Made by a program: the position numbers and the translations under genes. From an uncultured Pelagibacteraceae bacterium (lineage in GTDB: Bacteria > Pseudomonadota > Alphaproteobacteria > Pelagibacterales > Pelagibacteraceae), in contig CACGDY010000002.1 in assembly GCA_902571915.1 (NCBI GenBank), positions 13,006-77,005 on the forward strand: a stretch of DNA of 64,000 nt, written 5' to 3'. A model generated the notes under the pieces. It did no database searches and was not told the DNA's origin. It saw only the letters and a program-made list of their open reading frames with translations. Position 1 is the stretch's first letter, and the number at the start of each line of letters is the position of its first letter. Shown one piece after another: positions 20,114-29,543 of the stretch.

Positions 20114-20849
20114 TTTTTACTTTATAAATAATTATTCTAATATTTACAAAAAACCTTCAAAATTATCTGAAGTCACCTCTCAAATAATTTACGGTGAAAA
20201 ATTCAAGATTTTAGCAAAAAATAAAAGTTGGATAAAAATTAAAACTTTATTTGATAATTATAAGGGGTTTATAAAAAACTCAAAATATATAGAGCAATTT
20301 AGCCCTAAATACAAAGTCAGTTCATTAAAAGCAAAAATTTTTAAAAAACCTGGAATTGGAACAAACAGTTGGCTTCCTCTTGCATCTAAATTATCTGTAT
20401 TTGAACAAAATAAAAATTATATAAAAATTGAAAAAAATAAGTGGATTAAAAAAAAAGATATTAGAAAATTGAATCATAAGGAAAAAAATTTTGTAAAAAT
20501 ATTTAAAAAATTTATAAATGTAAAATATGCTTGGGGTGGAAAAACATTTCAAGGTATTGATTGCTCTGCTCTATTACAAATATTTTTTTGTTATAATAAC
20601 TCATTTTACCCAAGGGACACCAAAGACCAGATCAGATACACAAAAAAAAATTTAATAAAAAAAAAATTTAAAAAAGGAGATATTATTTTTTGGAAAGGTC
20701 ATGTTGCTATGTGCTTAAATTCTAAACAACTTATTCATGCTTATGGTCCAGAAAAAAAAGTAATTGTTATGCCAATTATCGAGACAATTAATAAAATTCA
20801 AGAAACAGCAAAATTAAAAGTAAAAAAAATATCTAGAATAAAATATTAA
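20103..20849 (+). CDS. SH3 + NlpC/P60 cysteine peptidase (YkfC / dipeptidyl-peptidase VI-like)
   Basis: SQIIYGE SH3-like start; YAWGG, GIDCSALLQ, PRDT, GHVAM and IHA give the C-H-H triad. No evident signal peptide. GTG start. Confidence 0.85.
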   Translation: MQNNFYFINNYSNIYKKPSKLSEVTSQIIYGEKFKILAKNKSWIKIKTLFDNYKGFIKNSKYIEQFSPKYKVSSLKAKIFKKPGIGTNSWLPLASKLSVFEQNKNYIKIEKNKWIKKKDIRKLNHKEKNFVKIFKKFINVKYAWGGKTFQGIDCSALLQIFFCYNNSFYPRDTKDQIRYTKKNLIKKKFKKGDIIFWKGHVAMCLNSKQLIHAYGPEKKVIVMPIIETINKIQETAKLKVKKISRIKY

Positions 20850-21742
20850 TTTCTTCCAAAGTCAGGCTTATTAATATCTTGTTTTAACTTAATTATTTTT
20901 GATCTTACTTTTTTAGTTTGAATAAGTTTTTTTATAATAGACTTATTGTTCTTAGAATTAATATCTTTTTTGAATTCACTTAAATTTTTAATAAATAGAT
21001 CAATAGCTTTAGAAATATTTTTTTTATTATTAAAGAAAATGTCTCTCCACATAATCTCGTTCGAGGCTGCAATCCTAGAGAAATCTCTCAAACCACCTGC
21101 GCTATATTTAATTAGATTATACTTTTCTTTTTTTTCAAAATCCTGAGCTGATTTTACTAAATTATAAGCAATTAAGTGAGGTAAATGACTAGTGATAGAA
21201 AAAATTTTATCATGTTTCTCAGAATTCATAATAACAACTTTAGAACCCATTTTTTTCCAAAAAGAGTTCAAAAAATTTAAATGTTTCAAATTAGTTTTTT
21301 TGTCTTTAATTAAAACACACCACTTATTCTCAAATAAATTTTGCTTACCATTTTCAGGTCCACTAACTTCAGAGCCAGCAATCGGGTGGCTTGAAGTCCA
21401 AGAAATATTTTTTTTTAAACTATTTTTTATTACCAGCTTAGATTCTAATTTTGAAGAACCAATATCAGTAATAATATGTCTTGTAGAAAGATTTTTATTA
21501 ATTTTGAATATCAATTTTTTGTACTCACTCATAGGAGTACAAAAAACAATTAATTGTGATTTTAAAACAACATCATCTAATTTTTTGACTAAAGTTCCTG
21601 GTAATTTTAAACTTTTTATTTTCGATATATTCTTTTTTGATTTTTCATAAACGAATATTTTCCTGGCAATTTTTTTTTTATGAATTCTTCTTAATAATGA
21701 AGATCCTAATAGACCACATCCAATTAATAATATATTTTTCAT
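20846..21742 (-). CDS. tyrA: Prephenate/arogenate (cyclohexadienyl) dehydrogenase
   Basis: GCGLLGSS, TDIGSSK, HPIAGSE, HD...SHLPHL, GGLRDFSRIAAS..MWRDI; follows hisC. Confidence 0.92.
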   Translation of the reverse strand: MKNILLIGCGLLGSSLLRRIHKKKIARKIFVYEKSKKNISKIKSLKLPGTLVKKLDDVVLKSQLIVFCTPMSEYKKLIFKINKNLSTRHIITDIGSSKLESKLVIKNSLKKNISWTSSHPIAGSEVSGPENGKQNLFENKWCVLIKDKKTNLKHLNFLNSFWKKMGSKVVIMNSEKHDKIFSITSHLPHLIAYNLVKSAQDFEKKEKYNLIKYSAGGLRDFSRIAASNEIMWRDIFFNNKKNISKAIDLFIKNLSEFKKDINSKNNKSIIKKLIQTKKVRSKIIKLKQDINKPDFGRN

Positions 21743-22824
21743 TTATTAAATATACTTTTTACAACAGTCATAAATTTTAAATTATCTTTTGCTGATCCGA
21801 TTGATAATCTTAACATATTTTTAATTTTGTAACCCTCTTCTGTCGATCTTAAAATAATACCTTTACTTTTTAATTTATTGTTAAAATTCTTTGCTTTAAA
21901 TCTACATTTTTCAAAGTTTAATAATAGAAAATTAGCAGAAACTTCATTTGATGTAATACCATATTTTTGTAAAAAAAATTTTAATTTTCTAGCATAAAAA
22001 ATATTATGTTTAACGGAACGTAATATAAATTTATTATCTCTAAGAGATTCAACAGCTGCTTTTTGAGCTACTTCATTTACATTAAATGGTGGTTTAATAA
22101 TATTTAAAGCGTCAATAATTTTTTTAGCCCCATATCCCCATCCAACTCTTAAGGATGATAATCCATAAATTTTTGAGAAAGTTCTTAAAATAAAAACATT
22201 TTCTTTATTCTTAAATAAATTTAAACCGGATGCATAGTTTAAGTTTTTCATATATTCAAAATAAGCATCGTCAATTACCAGCAAGACATTTTTTTTTAAT
22301 TCTTTTCTTAATTTAATAAGTTCATTTTTAGTTAAAAAAGTCCCCGTTGGATTATTAGGATTTGCTATAAAAACCATCTTAGTTTTTTTTGTTACTTTTT
22401 TAATTATTTCTGATACTGAAACTTTAAATTTTTTTTCTTTGGCAAATATAACATTTGCACCAACAATTTTTGCATAAATCCTGTACATCAAAAAACTAAA
22501 TTGAGGGACGATTACTTCATCTTTGGGTTTAAGAAATAATTGACAAAGCATCTGAATTACCTCATCAGATCCTGACCCACAAATAATCCTTTCAATATCA
22601 CACTTAAATTTTTTAGATATTTCCATTCTTAATTTTTTTGATTTTGGATCTGGATATCTAAAAAAGCTCAAATTCTTTTTAGATATAATTTTCTCAACTT
22701 TAGAACTTACTCCCAAAGCAGATTCGTTTGCCGAAAGTTTTACTACTTTCTTTATATTCCTGATACTAGACCTTCCAGGTTTGTAAGTATCAATATTGAA
22801 TTTTTTAAATCTTATAGCTGTCAT
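21739..22824 (-). CDS. hisC: Histidinol-phosphate aminotransferase
   Basis: KLSANES, GSGSDE, NPNNPTG, DDAYFEY, RTFSKIYGLSSLRVGW. Confidence 0.94.
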   Translation of the reverse strand: MTAIRFKKFNIDTYKPGRSSIRNIKKVVKLSANESALGVSSKVEKIISKKNLSFFRYPDPKSKKLRMEISKKFKCDIERIICGSGSDEVIQMLCQLFLKPKDEVIVPQFSFLMYRIYAKIVGANVIFAKEKKFKVSVSEIIKKVTKKTKMVFIANPNNPTGTFLTKNELIKLRKELKKNVLLVIDDAYFEYMKNLNYASGLNLFKNKENVFILRTFSKIYGLSSLRVGWGYGAKKIIDALNIIKPPFNVNEVAQKAAVESLRDNKFILRSVKHNIFYARKLKFFLQKYGITSNEVSANFLLLNFEKCRFKAKNFNNKLKSKGIILRSTEEGYKIKNMLRLSIGSAKDNLKFMTVVKSIFNK

Positions 22825-22898
22825 TTTTTTAAAATTTAAGCTCTTTATAATTAAAATAACAATTTTTTATATAGTATTAGTAAATAAATTTTTTAAAT

Positions 22899-22927
22899 TT
22901 GACATACTAAATAACATCCTGTACAAA
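22899..22927 (+). promoter_or_regulatory. sigma70 promoter of metX
   Basis: TTGACA-17 nt-TACAAA. The predicted start near 22933 coincides with the 5' edge of the riboswitch. Confidence 0.6.
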
Positions 22928-22932
22928 AATCC

Positions 22933-22982
22933 TGCGCTGATTTAACTGAATTGCGAGCGCTTTAAAAAAACCGCTAAATAAG
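22933..22982 (+). ncRNA. SAM-II riboswitch
   Basis: GCGCTGATTTAACTGAATTGCGAGCGC...GCTAAATAAG closely matches the marine metX SAM-II aptamer as I recall it (GCGCUGAUUUAACCGUAUUGCAAGCGC...GCUAAAAAGGG). GC-rich island directly upstream of metX. Confidence 0.88.
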
Positions 22983-23016
22983 TTTTTTTTCTCACAATTC
23001 AAAATCTGCTTCAATT

Positions 23017-24135
23017 ATGAATGACAAAGAAAATATAAGAACAATAACGATTAATAATCCGCTTAAATTAGATTGTGGTAAAACAATTAATAATTTCCCT
23101 CTTGCTTACGAAACATATGGTTCATTAAATAAAGATAAAGATAATGCAATTTTAGTTTTTCATGCTTTAACTGGAGATCAGTTTGTTACTGGAGTTAATC
23201 CTGTAACAAATAAAGATGGTTGGTGGAGTTATGCAGTTGGTCCTGGTAAATCTATTGATACAGAAAAATATTTTGTAATTTGCGCAAATGTTATTGGAGG
23301 TTGTATGGGTTCTTTTGGACCTAGTCATCAAAATCCTGAGACTAGAAAAATATACGGTACTGATTTTCCAGTAATTACTATTAATGATATGGTAAATGCA
23401 CAAGTAAATTTGTTAGATCACTTTGGTATCAAAAAACTTTTCTCAGTTGTTGGAGGATCAATGGGTGGGATGCAAGTTTTACAATTTGTGAGTAACTATC
23501 CTGATAAAACTAAAACTGCAGTTCCTATAGCTTGCACTTCTAGTCACTCTGCACAAAATATTGCATTTAATGAACTTGGAAGACAAGCAATAGCAGCTGA
23601 CCACAAGTGGCAAGATGGTAAATATTCATCTAAAAATACAATTCCAGATAAGGGTTTAGCAGTTGCTAGAATGGCTGCACATATAACTTATTTATCAAAA
23701 AAAGGTCTTCAAGAAAAATTTGGAAGAAAACTCCAAGAGAGAGATGATTTAAAATTTGGATTTGACGCCGACTTTCAAATCGAAAGTTATTTAAGGTACC
23801 AAGGATCTGTGTTTGTAGATCGATTTGATGCTAACAGCTATTTATATATCACGAGAGCGATGGATTATTTTGATTTAGTAAAACAGAATAATGGTAATCT
23901 ATCAAATGCTTTCAAAAATACTAAAGCAAAATTTTTTATAATATCATTTACATCGGATTGGCTTTATCCAACACAAGAAAATAAAGATATTGTTATTGCA
24001 TTAAATGCAATTGGAGCAAATGTGGGATTTGTAGAGATTAAATCAGATAAAGGACACGACTCCTTTTTGTTAGATGTTCCAGATTTTTTAAAAGCTCTAA
24101 AAAATTTTTTAGATAAGTCATTTTTAGAGAAATGA
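23017..24135 (+). CDS. metX: Homoserine O-acetyltransferase
   Basis: HALTGD, NVIGGCMGS, GGSMGGMQ, RFDANSY, GHDSFLL. Confidence 0.95.
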   Translation: MNDKENIRTITINNPLKLDCGKTINNFPLAYETYGSLNKDKDNAILVFHALTGDQFVTGVNPVTNKDGWWSYAVGPGKSIDTEKYFVICANVIGGCMGSFGPSHQNPETRKIYGTDFPVITINDMVNAQVNLLDHFGIKKLFSVVGGSMGGMQVLQFVSNYPDKTKTAVPIACTSSHSAQNIAFNELGRQAIAADHKWQDGKYSSKNTIPDKGLAVARMAAHITYLSKKGLQEKFGRKLQERDDLKFGFDADFQIESYLRYQGSVFVDRFDANSYLYITRAMDYFDLVKQNNGNLSNAFKNTKAKFFIISFTSDWLYPTQENKDIVIALNAIGANVGFVEIKSDKGHDSFLLDVPDFLKALKNFLDKSFLEK

Positions 24136-24734
24136 ACATGAAACCAGAATTTAAAATTATATCAAATTTAATTAACGAAAATTCCCAAGTGCTTGATGTT
24201 GGTTGTGGTGATGGTATTTTAATGGAATTACTTATCAAAGAAAAAAAAGTAAACATTAGAGGAATAGAAATTTCAAAAGCAAAAGTTCAAAATTGTATTG
24301 CCAAAGGATTAACAATTATTGAAGGTAATGCAGAAAATGATTTAAAACAGTTTCCAGAAAAGTCATTTGACTATGTGATTTTAAGTCAAACTTTGCAGGC
24401 TTTCCTTGATCCTGAAAATGTGATTAATGAACTCTTAAGGATTGGAAAACAAGCAATCGTCACAATACCAAATTTTGGTTATTGGAAAATTGGTTTACAT
24501 CTTTTGTTAAAAGGCACAATGCCTGTAACAAAAACACTACCAGATGAATGGTACAATACTGCAAATATACATCTTTGTACAATAAAGGATTTTGTAAATT
24601 TTAGTAAAACAAAGAATTTTAAATTATCAAAATCTATTGCTCTCAAAAGTGATCAACAATCATTCATAACCAATTCTAATCTAAATATAAAAAATTTGAG
24701 TTCAAACCTTGGTATTTTTTTAATAGAAAGTTAA
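24132..24734 (+). CDS. metW: Methionine biosynthesis protein MetW
   Basis: VLDVGCGDG, FDYVILSQTLQ, PNFGYW, WYNTANIHLCTIKDF; coupled to metX. Confidence 0.93.
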   Translation: MNMKPEFKIISNLINENSQVLDVGCGDGILMELLIKEKKVNIRGIEISKAKVQNCIAKGLTIIEGNAENDLKQFPEKSFDYVILSQTLQAFLDPENVINELLRIGKQAIVTIPNFGYWKIGLHLLLKGTMPVTKTLPDEWYNTANIHLCTIKDFVNFSKTKNFKLSKSIALKSDQQSFITNSNLNIKNLSSNLGIFLIES

Positions 24735-24735
24735 A

Positions 24736-25455
24736 ATGGAAATAAAAATAATCGCATGTTTAAATGATAATTACTCATATTTAGTATTTGATAAAAATAA
24801 AAAAAATGCATGTGTTATTGACCCAAGTGAGTCTAAGCCAATTATTGAAATGATCGAAAAAAATCAATTAAACTTAAAATATATATTGAACACTCATCAT
24901 CATTACGACCATGTTGGTGGAAATGAAAAATTAAAAAAAAGGTATAATTCAAAAGTAGTTGGTTTTAAAAATGATAAAGATCGAATTCCTGAAATTGATA
25001 TTCTTGTAGAAAATGAACAAATTTGGAAAGAAGAAAATTTTGAGGCAAAAATTTATCATATTCCAGGTCATACAACAGGTCATATAGCTTTTCATTTTTT
25101 TAAAGAAAAAAAAATTTTTACTGGTGATACATTGTTTTCTTTGGGATGTGGAAGAATTTTTGAAGGTACATACGAACAAATGTATAATTCATTGAATAAA
25201 ATCAAAGAACTTCCTAAGGATACTGAAATTTATTGTGGACATGAGTATACATTACAAAATGCAAATTTTTGCTTAGCAAACGACTCTACTAATCTTAAAT
25301 TAATAGAAAAGGTTAAAAAAATAAAAAAACAACGAGAGAATAACTTACCAAGTATCCCTACAATTTTAGCAGATGAAATAGAATGTAATATATTTCTAAA
25401 AGCTAAAGATTTAGAAAGCTTTTCAAAATTAAGAGATTTAAAGGATAATTTTTAA
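24736..25455 (+). CDS. gloB: Hydroxyacylglutathione hydrolase (glyoxalase II)
   Basis: DNYSY, THHHYDHVGG, PGHT, FTGDTLFSLGCGR, CGHEYT. Confidence 0.94.
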   Translation: MEIKIIACLNDNYSYLVFDKNKKNACVIDPSESKPIIEMIEKNQLNLKYILNTHHHYDHVGGNEKLKKRYNSKVVGFKNDKDRIPEIDILVENEQIWKEENFEAKIYHIPGHTTGHIAFHFFKEKKIFTGDTLFSLGCGRIFEGTYEQMYNSLNKIKELPKDTEIYCGHEYTLQNANFCLANDSTNLKLIEKVKKIKKQRENNLPSIPTILADEIECNIFLKAKDLESFSKLRDLKDNF

Positions 25456-25465
25456 CTTATAAAAC

Positions 25466-25493
25466 TTGACTATAGTGTCTCTCACACTATATT
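25466..25493 (+). promoter_or_regulatory. sigma70 promoter of rplU-rpmA with an internal 8-bp inverted repeat
   Basis: TTGACT-16 nt-TATATT; TATAGTGT-CTCTC-ACACTATA at 25471-25491. Confidence 0.5.
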
Positions 25494-25518
25494 GCGTTTA
25501 TTAAATTTACAAAATTAT

Positions 25519-25917
25519 ATGTCTTACGCAGTTATACAAACAGGTGGAAAACAATACAAAGTTAGGTCTGGTGAAATTCTAAAAATTGAGAGATTACCAA
25601 ATACAAAATCTGATGCAAAAGTAGAATTCAAAGAAATATTAGCTTACGGTGATGATAAGATAATTGAGGTTGGAGCTCCAACTGTTCAAGGTGCAAAGGT
25701 TGAGGCAAATTTGATTAAAAATAGTAAAAATAGAACTGTTTTAATTTTCAAGAAAAGAAGAAGACAAAATTCAAGAAGAAAAAACGGACATAGACAGCAG
25801 TATTCAATGATAAGAATTAATAAAATTTTTTCAAAAGATGGTAAAGTTTTATCTGAAGCTGAAAAAATTACAAAGCCTTCGAAAAAAGAAGAGCCTAAAA
25901 AAGAAGCAAATAAATAA
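25519..25917 (+). CDS. rplU: 50S ribosomal protein L21
   Basis: [30 protein letters not shown]. Start moved to the ATG at 25519. Confidence 0.96.
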   Translation: MSYAVIQTGGKQYKVRSGEILKIERLPNTKSDAKVEFKEILAYGDDKIIEVGAPTVQGAKVEANLIKNSKNRTVLIFKKRRRQNSRRKNGHRQQYSMIRINKIFSKDGKVLSEAEKITKPSKKEEPKKEANK

Positions 25918-25930
25918 TTGGTAGTAAAAT

Positions 25931-26185
25931 ATGGCAACTAAAAAAGCAGGTGGATCATCTAGAAATGGAAGAGATAGTGCCGGAAGAAGACTTGGTGTAA
26001 AAAAATATGGCGGTGAAACTGTTATACCTGGAAACATTATTGTGAGACAAAGAGGAACTAAAATATTTCCTGGTGAAAATGTAGGCATGGGTAAAGATCA
26101 CTCTATTTTTTCAGTGATTAAAGGCAAAGTAGTTTTTAAAAAAACTAAATCAGATAGAACATTTGTTTCAGTAAAACCCAATTAA
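25931..26185 (+). CDS. rpmA: 50S ribosomal protein L27
   Basis: [32 protein letters not shown]. Confidence 0.98.
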   Translation: MATKKAGGSSRNGRDSAGRRLGVKKYGGETVIPGNIIVRQRGTKIFPGENVGMGKDHSIFSVIKGKVVFKKTKSDRTFVSVKPN

Positions 26186-26212
26186 TAGTACAACTAAAAA
26201 TAGCGTTGTATT

Positions 26213-27196
26213 ATGAAATTCTTAGATCAAGTAAAAATTTATATTAAAGCTGGTAACGGTGGTGACGGTTCTCCTAGTTTTAGAAGAGAGAAATTTATTG
26301 AATTTGGTGGACCTGACGGCGGTGATGGTGGAAATGGTGGTTCAATAATATTAAAAGCTGAAAGAAATCTTAACACCTTAATTGATTTTAGATACCAACA
26401 ACATCACAAAGCAAAAAGAGGAGACAATGGTTCGGGTCAAAATCGTACAGGAAAAAGTGGAGATGATTTAATACTTAAAGTTCCCCTAGGAACACAAGTA
26501 TTTGAAGAAGATAACAAAACACTAATTTATGATTTTATTAAAATTGGAGAAGAATTTGTAGCTGCTACTGGGGGTAAAGGCGGTCTTGGAAATACAAGGT
26601 TTAAAAGTTCAACAAACAGAGCACCAAGAAAATTTACAAAAGGAACAGTTGGTGAAGAATTTACCATTTGGCTTCAATTAAAAACAATTGCTGATATTGG
26701 AATAATTGGTCTCCCAAATGCAGGAAAATCAAGTTTACTAGCAGCAATTACTAATGCAAATCCTAAAATTGCAAATTATCAATTTACTACTTTAAATCCT
26801 AATCTCGGTGTTGCTAATTATGATGACAGAGAAGTTACTATAGCAGACATACCTGGTTTAATAGAAGGGGCACATAAGGGTACGGGTCTCGGAATAAAAT
26901 TTTTAAAGCATATTGAAAGATGTAAATCTCTTTTACATATGATTGATATAACAAATAATGATATTAAAAAAAGTTATGATCAAGTTAAAGCTGAATTAAA
27001 AAATTACAGTACAAAACTTTCCAAAAAAAAAGAATTAATCATTTTGAGTAAAACAGATTTAATTGATGAAAAAAAAGTAAAAGATATATTAAAAAATTTT
27101 TCGAAAAAAACTAAATCAGAGGTAATCACTTTGTCCACATTAAAAAAGAAAACTTTATCAAGAATTAAAGCGAAATTAATATCTTATGTATCTTAA
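26213..27196 (+). CDS. obgE: GTPase ObgE/CgtA
   Basis: Gly-rich Obg domain (FRREKFIEFGGPDGGDGG), GLPNAGKSS, DIPGLIEGA. Confidence 0.97.
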   Translation: MKFLDQVKIYIKAGNGGDGSPSFRREKFIEFGGPDGGDGGNGGSIILKAERNLNTLIDFRYQQHHKAKRGDNGSGQNRTGKSGDDLILKVPLGTQVFEEDNKTLIYDFIKIGEEFVAATGGKGGLGNTRFKSSTNRAPRKFTKGTVGEEFTIWLQLKTIADIGIIGLPNAGKSSLLAAITNANPKIANYQFTTLNPNLGVANYDDREVTIADIPGLIEGAHKGTGLGIKFLKHIERCKSLLHMIDITNNDIKKSYDQVKAELKNYSTKLSKKKELIILSKTDLIDEKKVKDILKNFSKKTKSEVITLSTLKKKTLSRIKAKLISYVS

Positions 27197-28292
27197 AAAT
27201 TCAAAAATAATTGTAGTAAAAATTGGATCATCTTTACTGGTTGATAATGAGAGGAAAATTAGAAAAAAATGGTTATCAACGTTTGCAAAGGACATTAAAA
27301 GATTAAGATCTAAAAATAAGAAAGTAATTATTGTTAGCTCTGGCGCTATAGCTCTCGGCTGTAAAAAAATGAATTACCAAAAAAAAGGTCTAAAACTAGA
27401 CAAAAGTCAGGCTATAGCATCTATTGGTCAAATAGAATTAATGAATCTATTTTCACAAACATTTTCAAAATTTAAACTAAATATTTCCCAAATCTTATTA
27501 ACATTGGATGATACAGAAGAAAGAAGGAGATCAATAAATGCAAAAAGGACTTTTGAAAATTTATTTGAACTTGATTATATACCAATTGTAAATGAAAATG
27601 ACACTATTGCCACCTCAGAGATTAAGTATGGTGATAACGATAGACTTGCCTCTCGCGTAGCACAAATTACTAATGCTGATACTTTGATCTTATTATCTGA
27701 TGTAGATGGTCTTTTCACAAAAAATCCAAAAATATTTAAAGATGCAAAATTAATCAAAAAAATTGATAATTTAGAAAAAGAAATAAAGAATATAAACTTA
27801 AAGGGTATTACAGAATTTGGAAAAGGGGGAATGAATACTAAAATTGAAGCAGCAAAAATTTGTAACTTATCTGGCTGTAATATGATAATTGCCAATGGAT
27901 TATATTTAAATCCTATTAACCAAATAGAAAAAAAAAATAATTGCACTTTGTTTGTCTCAAAAATATCAAAATTGCATGCCAGAAAAAAATGGATAATAAG
28001 TTCTATTTCTCCAAAAGGTGAACTAGTTATAGACGATGGTGCAAAAAAAGCTCTTTTAAATGGAAAAAGTTTATTAGCTGCTGGAATTAAAAAGGTAACT
28101 GGAAAATTTCACAAAGGTGATCATATTAAAATCTTAGATACAAAACGTAATGAATTTGCTCGAGGTTTAAGCTCCTTTTCATCTGAAGAAATAGTTAAAA
28201 TCTTAGGATGTCATTCAAATGAGATAGAAAAAATACTTGGTTATATTTCAAAATCTGAAGTAGTCCACAAAGATGATATGGTAAAAATTTAA
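27186..28292 (+). CDS. proB: Glutamate 5-kinase
   Basis: VVKIGSS, VSSGAI, NENDT, GDNDRL, GGMNTK, C-terminal PUA domain. Confidence 0.96.
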   Translation: MYLKNSKIIVVKIGSSLLVDNERKIRKKWLSTFAKDIKRLRSKNKKVIIVSSGAIALGCKKMNYQKKGLKLDKSQAIASIGQIELMNLFSQTFSKFKLNISQILLTLDDTEERRRSINAKRTFENLFELDYIPIVNENDTIATSEIKYGDNDRLASRVAQITNADTLILLSDVDGLFTKNPKIFKDAKLIKKIDNLEKEIKNINLKGITEFGKGGMNTKIEAAKICNLSGCNMIIANGLYLNPINQIEKKNNCTLFVSKISKLHARKKWIISSISPKGELVIDDGAKKALLNGKSLLAAGIKKVTGKFHKGDHIKILDTKRNEFARGLSSFSSEEIVKILGCHSNEIEKILGYISKSEVVHKDDMVKI

Positions 28293-29542
28293 TGAAAAAA
28301 TTATTAGCAAATATTGGAAAGAAATCGAAAAAGGCTTTTGTTCAAAAATTAAGCTCCAAAAAAAAAGACAAAGTCTTAAATGATTATTGTTTTCTTATAA
28401 AGAAAAATAGAAAGTTGATAATCAATGAAAATAAAAAAGATATTAAAAATGCTATCAAGAAAAAAATAAAAAAAAATCTAATTCAAAGACTTCTTATAGA
28501 TGATAAAAAAATTTCAATTATAACAAGTGCTATTAAAAAGATTATAAAATTAAAAGACCCAACTAATAAAATTTTAGAAAAATGGAAAAGACCTAGTGGC
28601 TTAAATATTTCAAAAATATCAATACCTATTGGTGTTATAGGAGTTATTTATGAAAGTAGACCAAATGTTACATCTGATGTAGCCTCATTATGTTTTAAAT
28701 CTGGTAATTCAGTAATTTTAAGAGGTGGCACTGAAGCATTTTATTCTAACTTAATACTTTCAAAGTTATTTAGGAAATCGCTAAAAAAAAATGGTGTAGA
28801 TGAAAATTTTGTTCAATTTATAAATATTAAAAACAGAAAAGTAGTGGATTTTTTACTGACTGGTATGAATAAATTTATTGATGTGATAATACCACGTGGG
28901 GGAAAAAATTTAGTTAAAAAAGTTCAAAATCTTTCCAATGTTCCTACTATTAGTCATTTAGAGGGTATTTGTCATTCGTATGTTGATAAAGATGCAAATC
29001 CCAAAATCGCGAAAAAAATTATTATTAATGCCAAATTAAGAAATACTGCAATTTGTGGTGCAACAGAAACAATACTTTTGCATAAAAAGATAGTAAAAAA
29101 AATTGGAAACGAAATTTTAAAAAATTTAGAAAATAATGGTTGTAAAATTATAGGTGATAATAAAATAAGAAAAAACTACAATAAAAAAATAAAAAAAGCT
29201 TCTATTAAAGATTGGTCAAAGGAATATTTAGCCCCAATAGTTTCAGTAAAAACAGTAAAAAATCTTGAAGAAGCGATTTATCATATAAATAAATATGGAA
29301 CTATGCATACTGATTGCATAATTACACAAAACAAAAAATCAGCAAAAAAATTTTTAAATAATGTTAAAAGTTCCATTGCAATGCATAATACTTCAACTCA
29401 ATTTGCAGATGGTGGTGAATTTGGATTTGGTGGAGAAGTGGGAATTTCTACAAATGTTTTACCACCGCGTGGTCCAGTTGGTTTAGATCAATTGGTTTCA
29501 TATAAATATCAAGTTACCAGCAAAGGTATAATAAGGAAATAA
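28292..29542 (+). CDS. proA: Gamma-glutamyl phosphate reductase
   Basis: GVIYESRPNVT, IIPRGG, ICGATET, FADGGEFGFGGEVGIST, RGPVGL. Confidence 0.96.
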   Translation: MKKLLANIGKKSKKAFVQKLSSKKKDKVLNDYCFLIKKNRKLIINENKKDIKNAIKKKIKKNLIQRLLIDDKKISIITSAIKKIIKLKDPTNKILEKWKRPSGLNISKISIPIGVIGVIYESRPNVTSDVASLCFKSGNSVILRGGTEAFYSNLILSKLFRKSLKKNGVDENFVQFINIKNRKVVDFLLTGMNKFIDVIIPRGGKNLVKKVQNLSNVPTISHLEGICHSYVDKDANPKIAKKIIINAKLRNTAICGATETILLHKKIVKKIGNEILKNLENNGCKIIGDNKIRKNYNKKIKKASIKDWSKEYLAPIVSVKTVKNLEEAIYHINKYGTMHTDCIITQNKKSAKKFLNNVKSSIAMHNTSTQFADGGEFGFGGEVGISTNVLPPRGPVGLDQLVSYKYQVTSKGIIRK

Positions 29543-29543
29543 T

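Noticed and set aside
20103-22824. Extremely Lys-rich, AT-rich genes (also amgK, proA, nadD) as a possible foreign island
   Set aside because: They are syntenic core genes. The bias fits weakly expressed genes in a low-GC genome, and there are no integrase, tRNA or flanking repeats. This also weakens the compositional argument for aguB-aguA being foreign.
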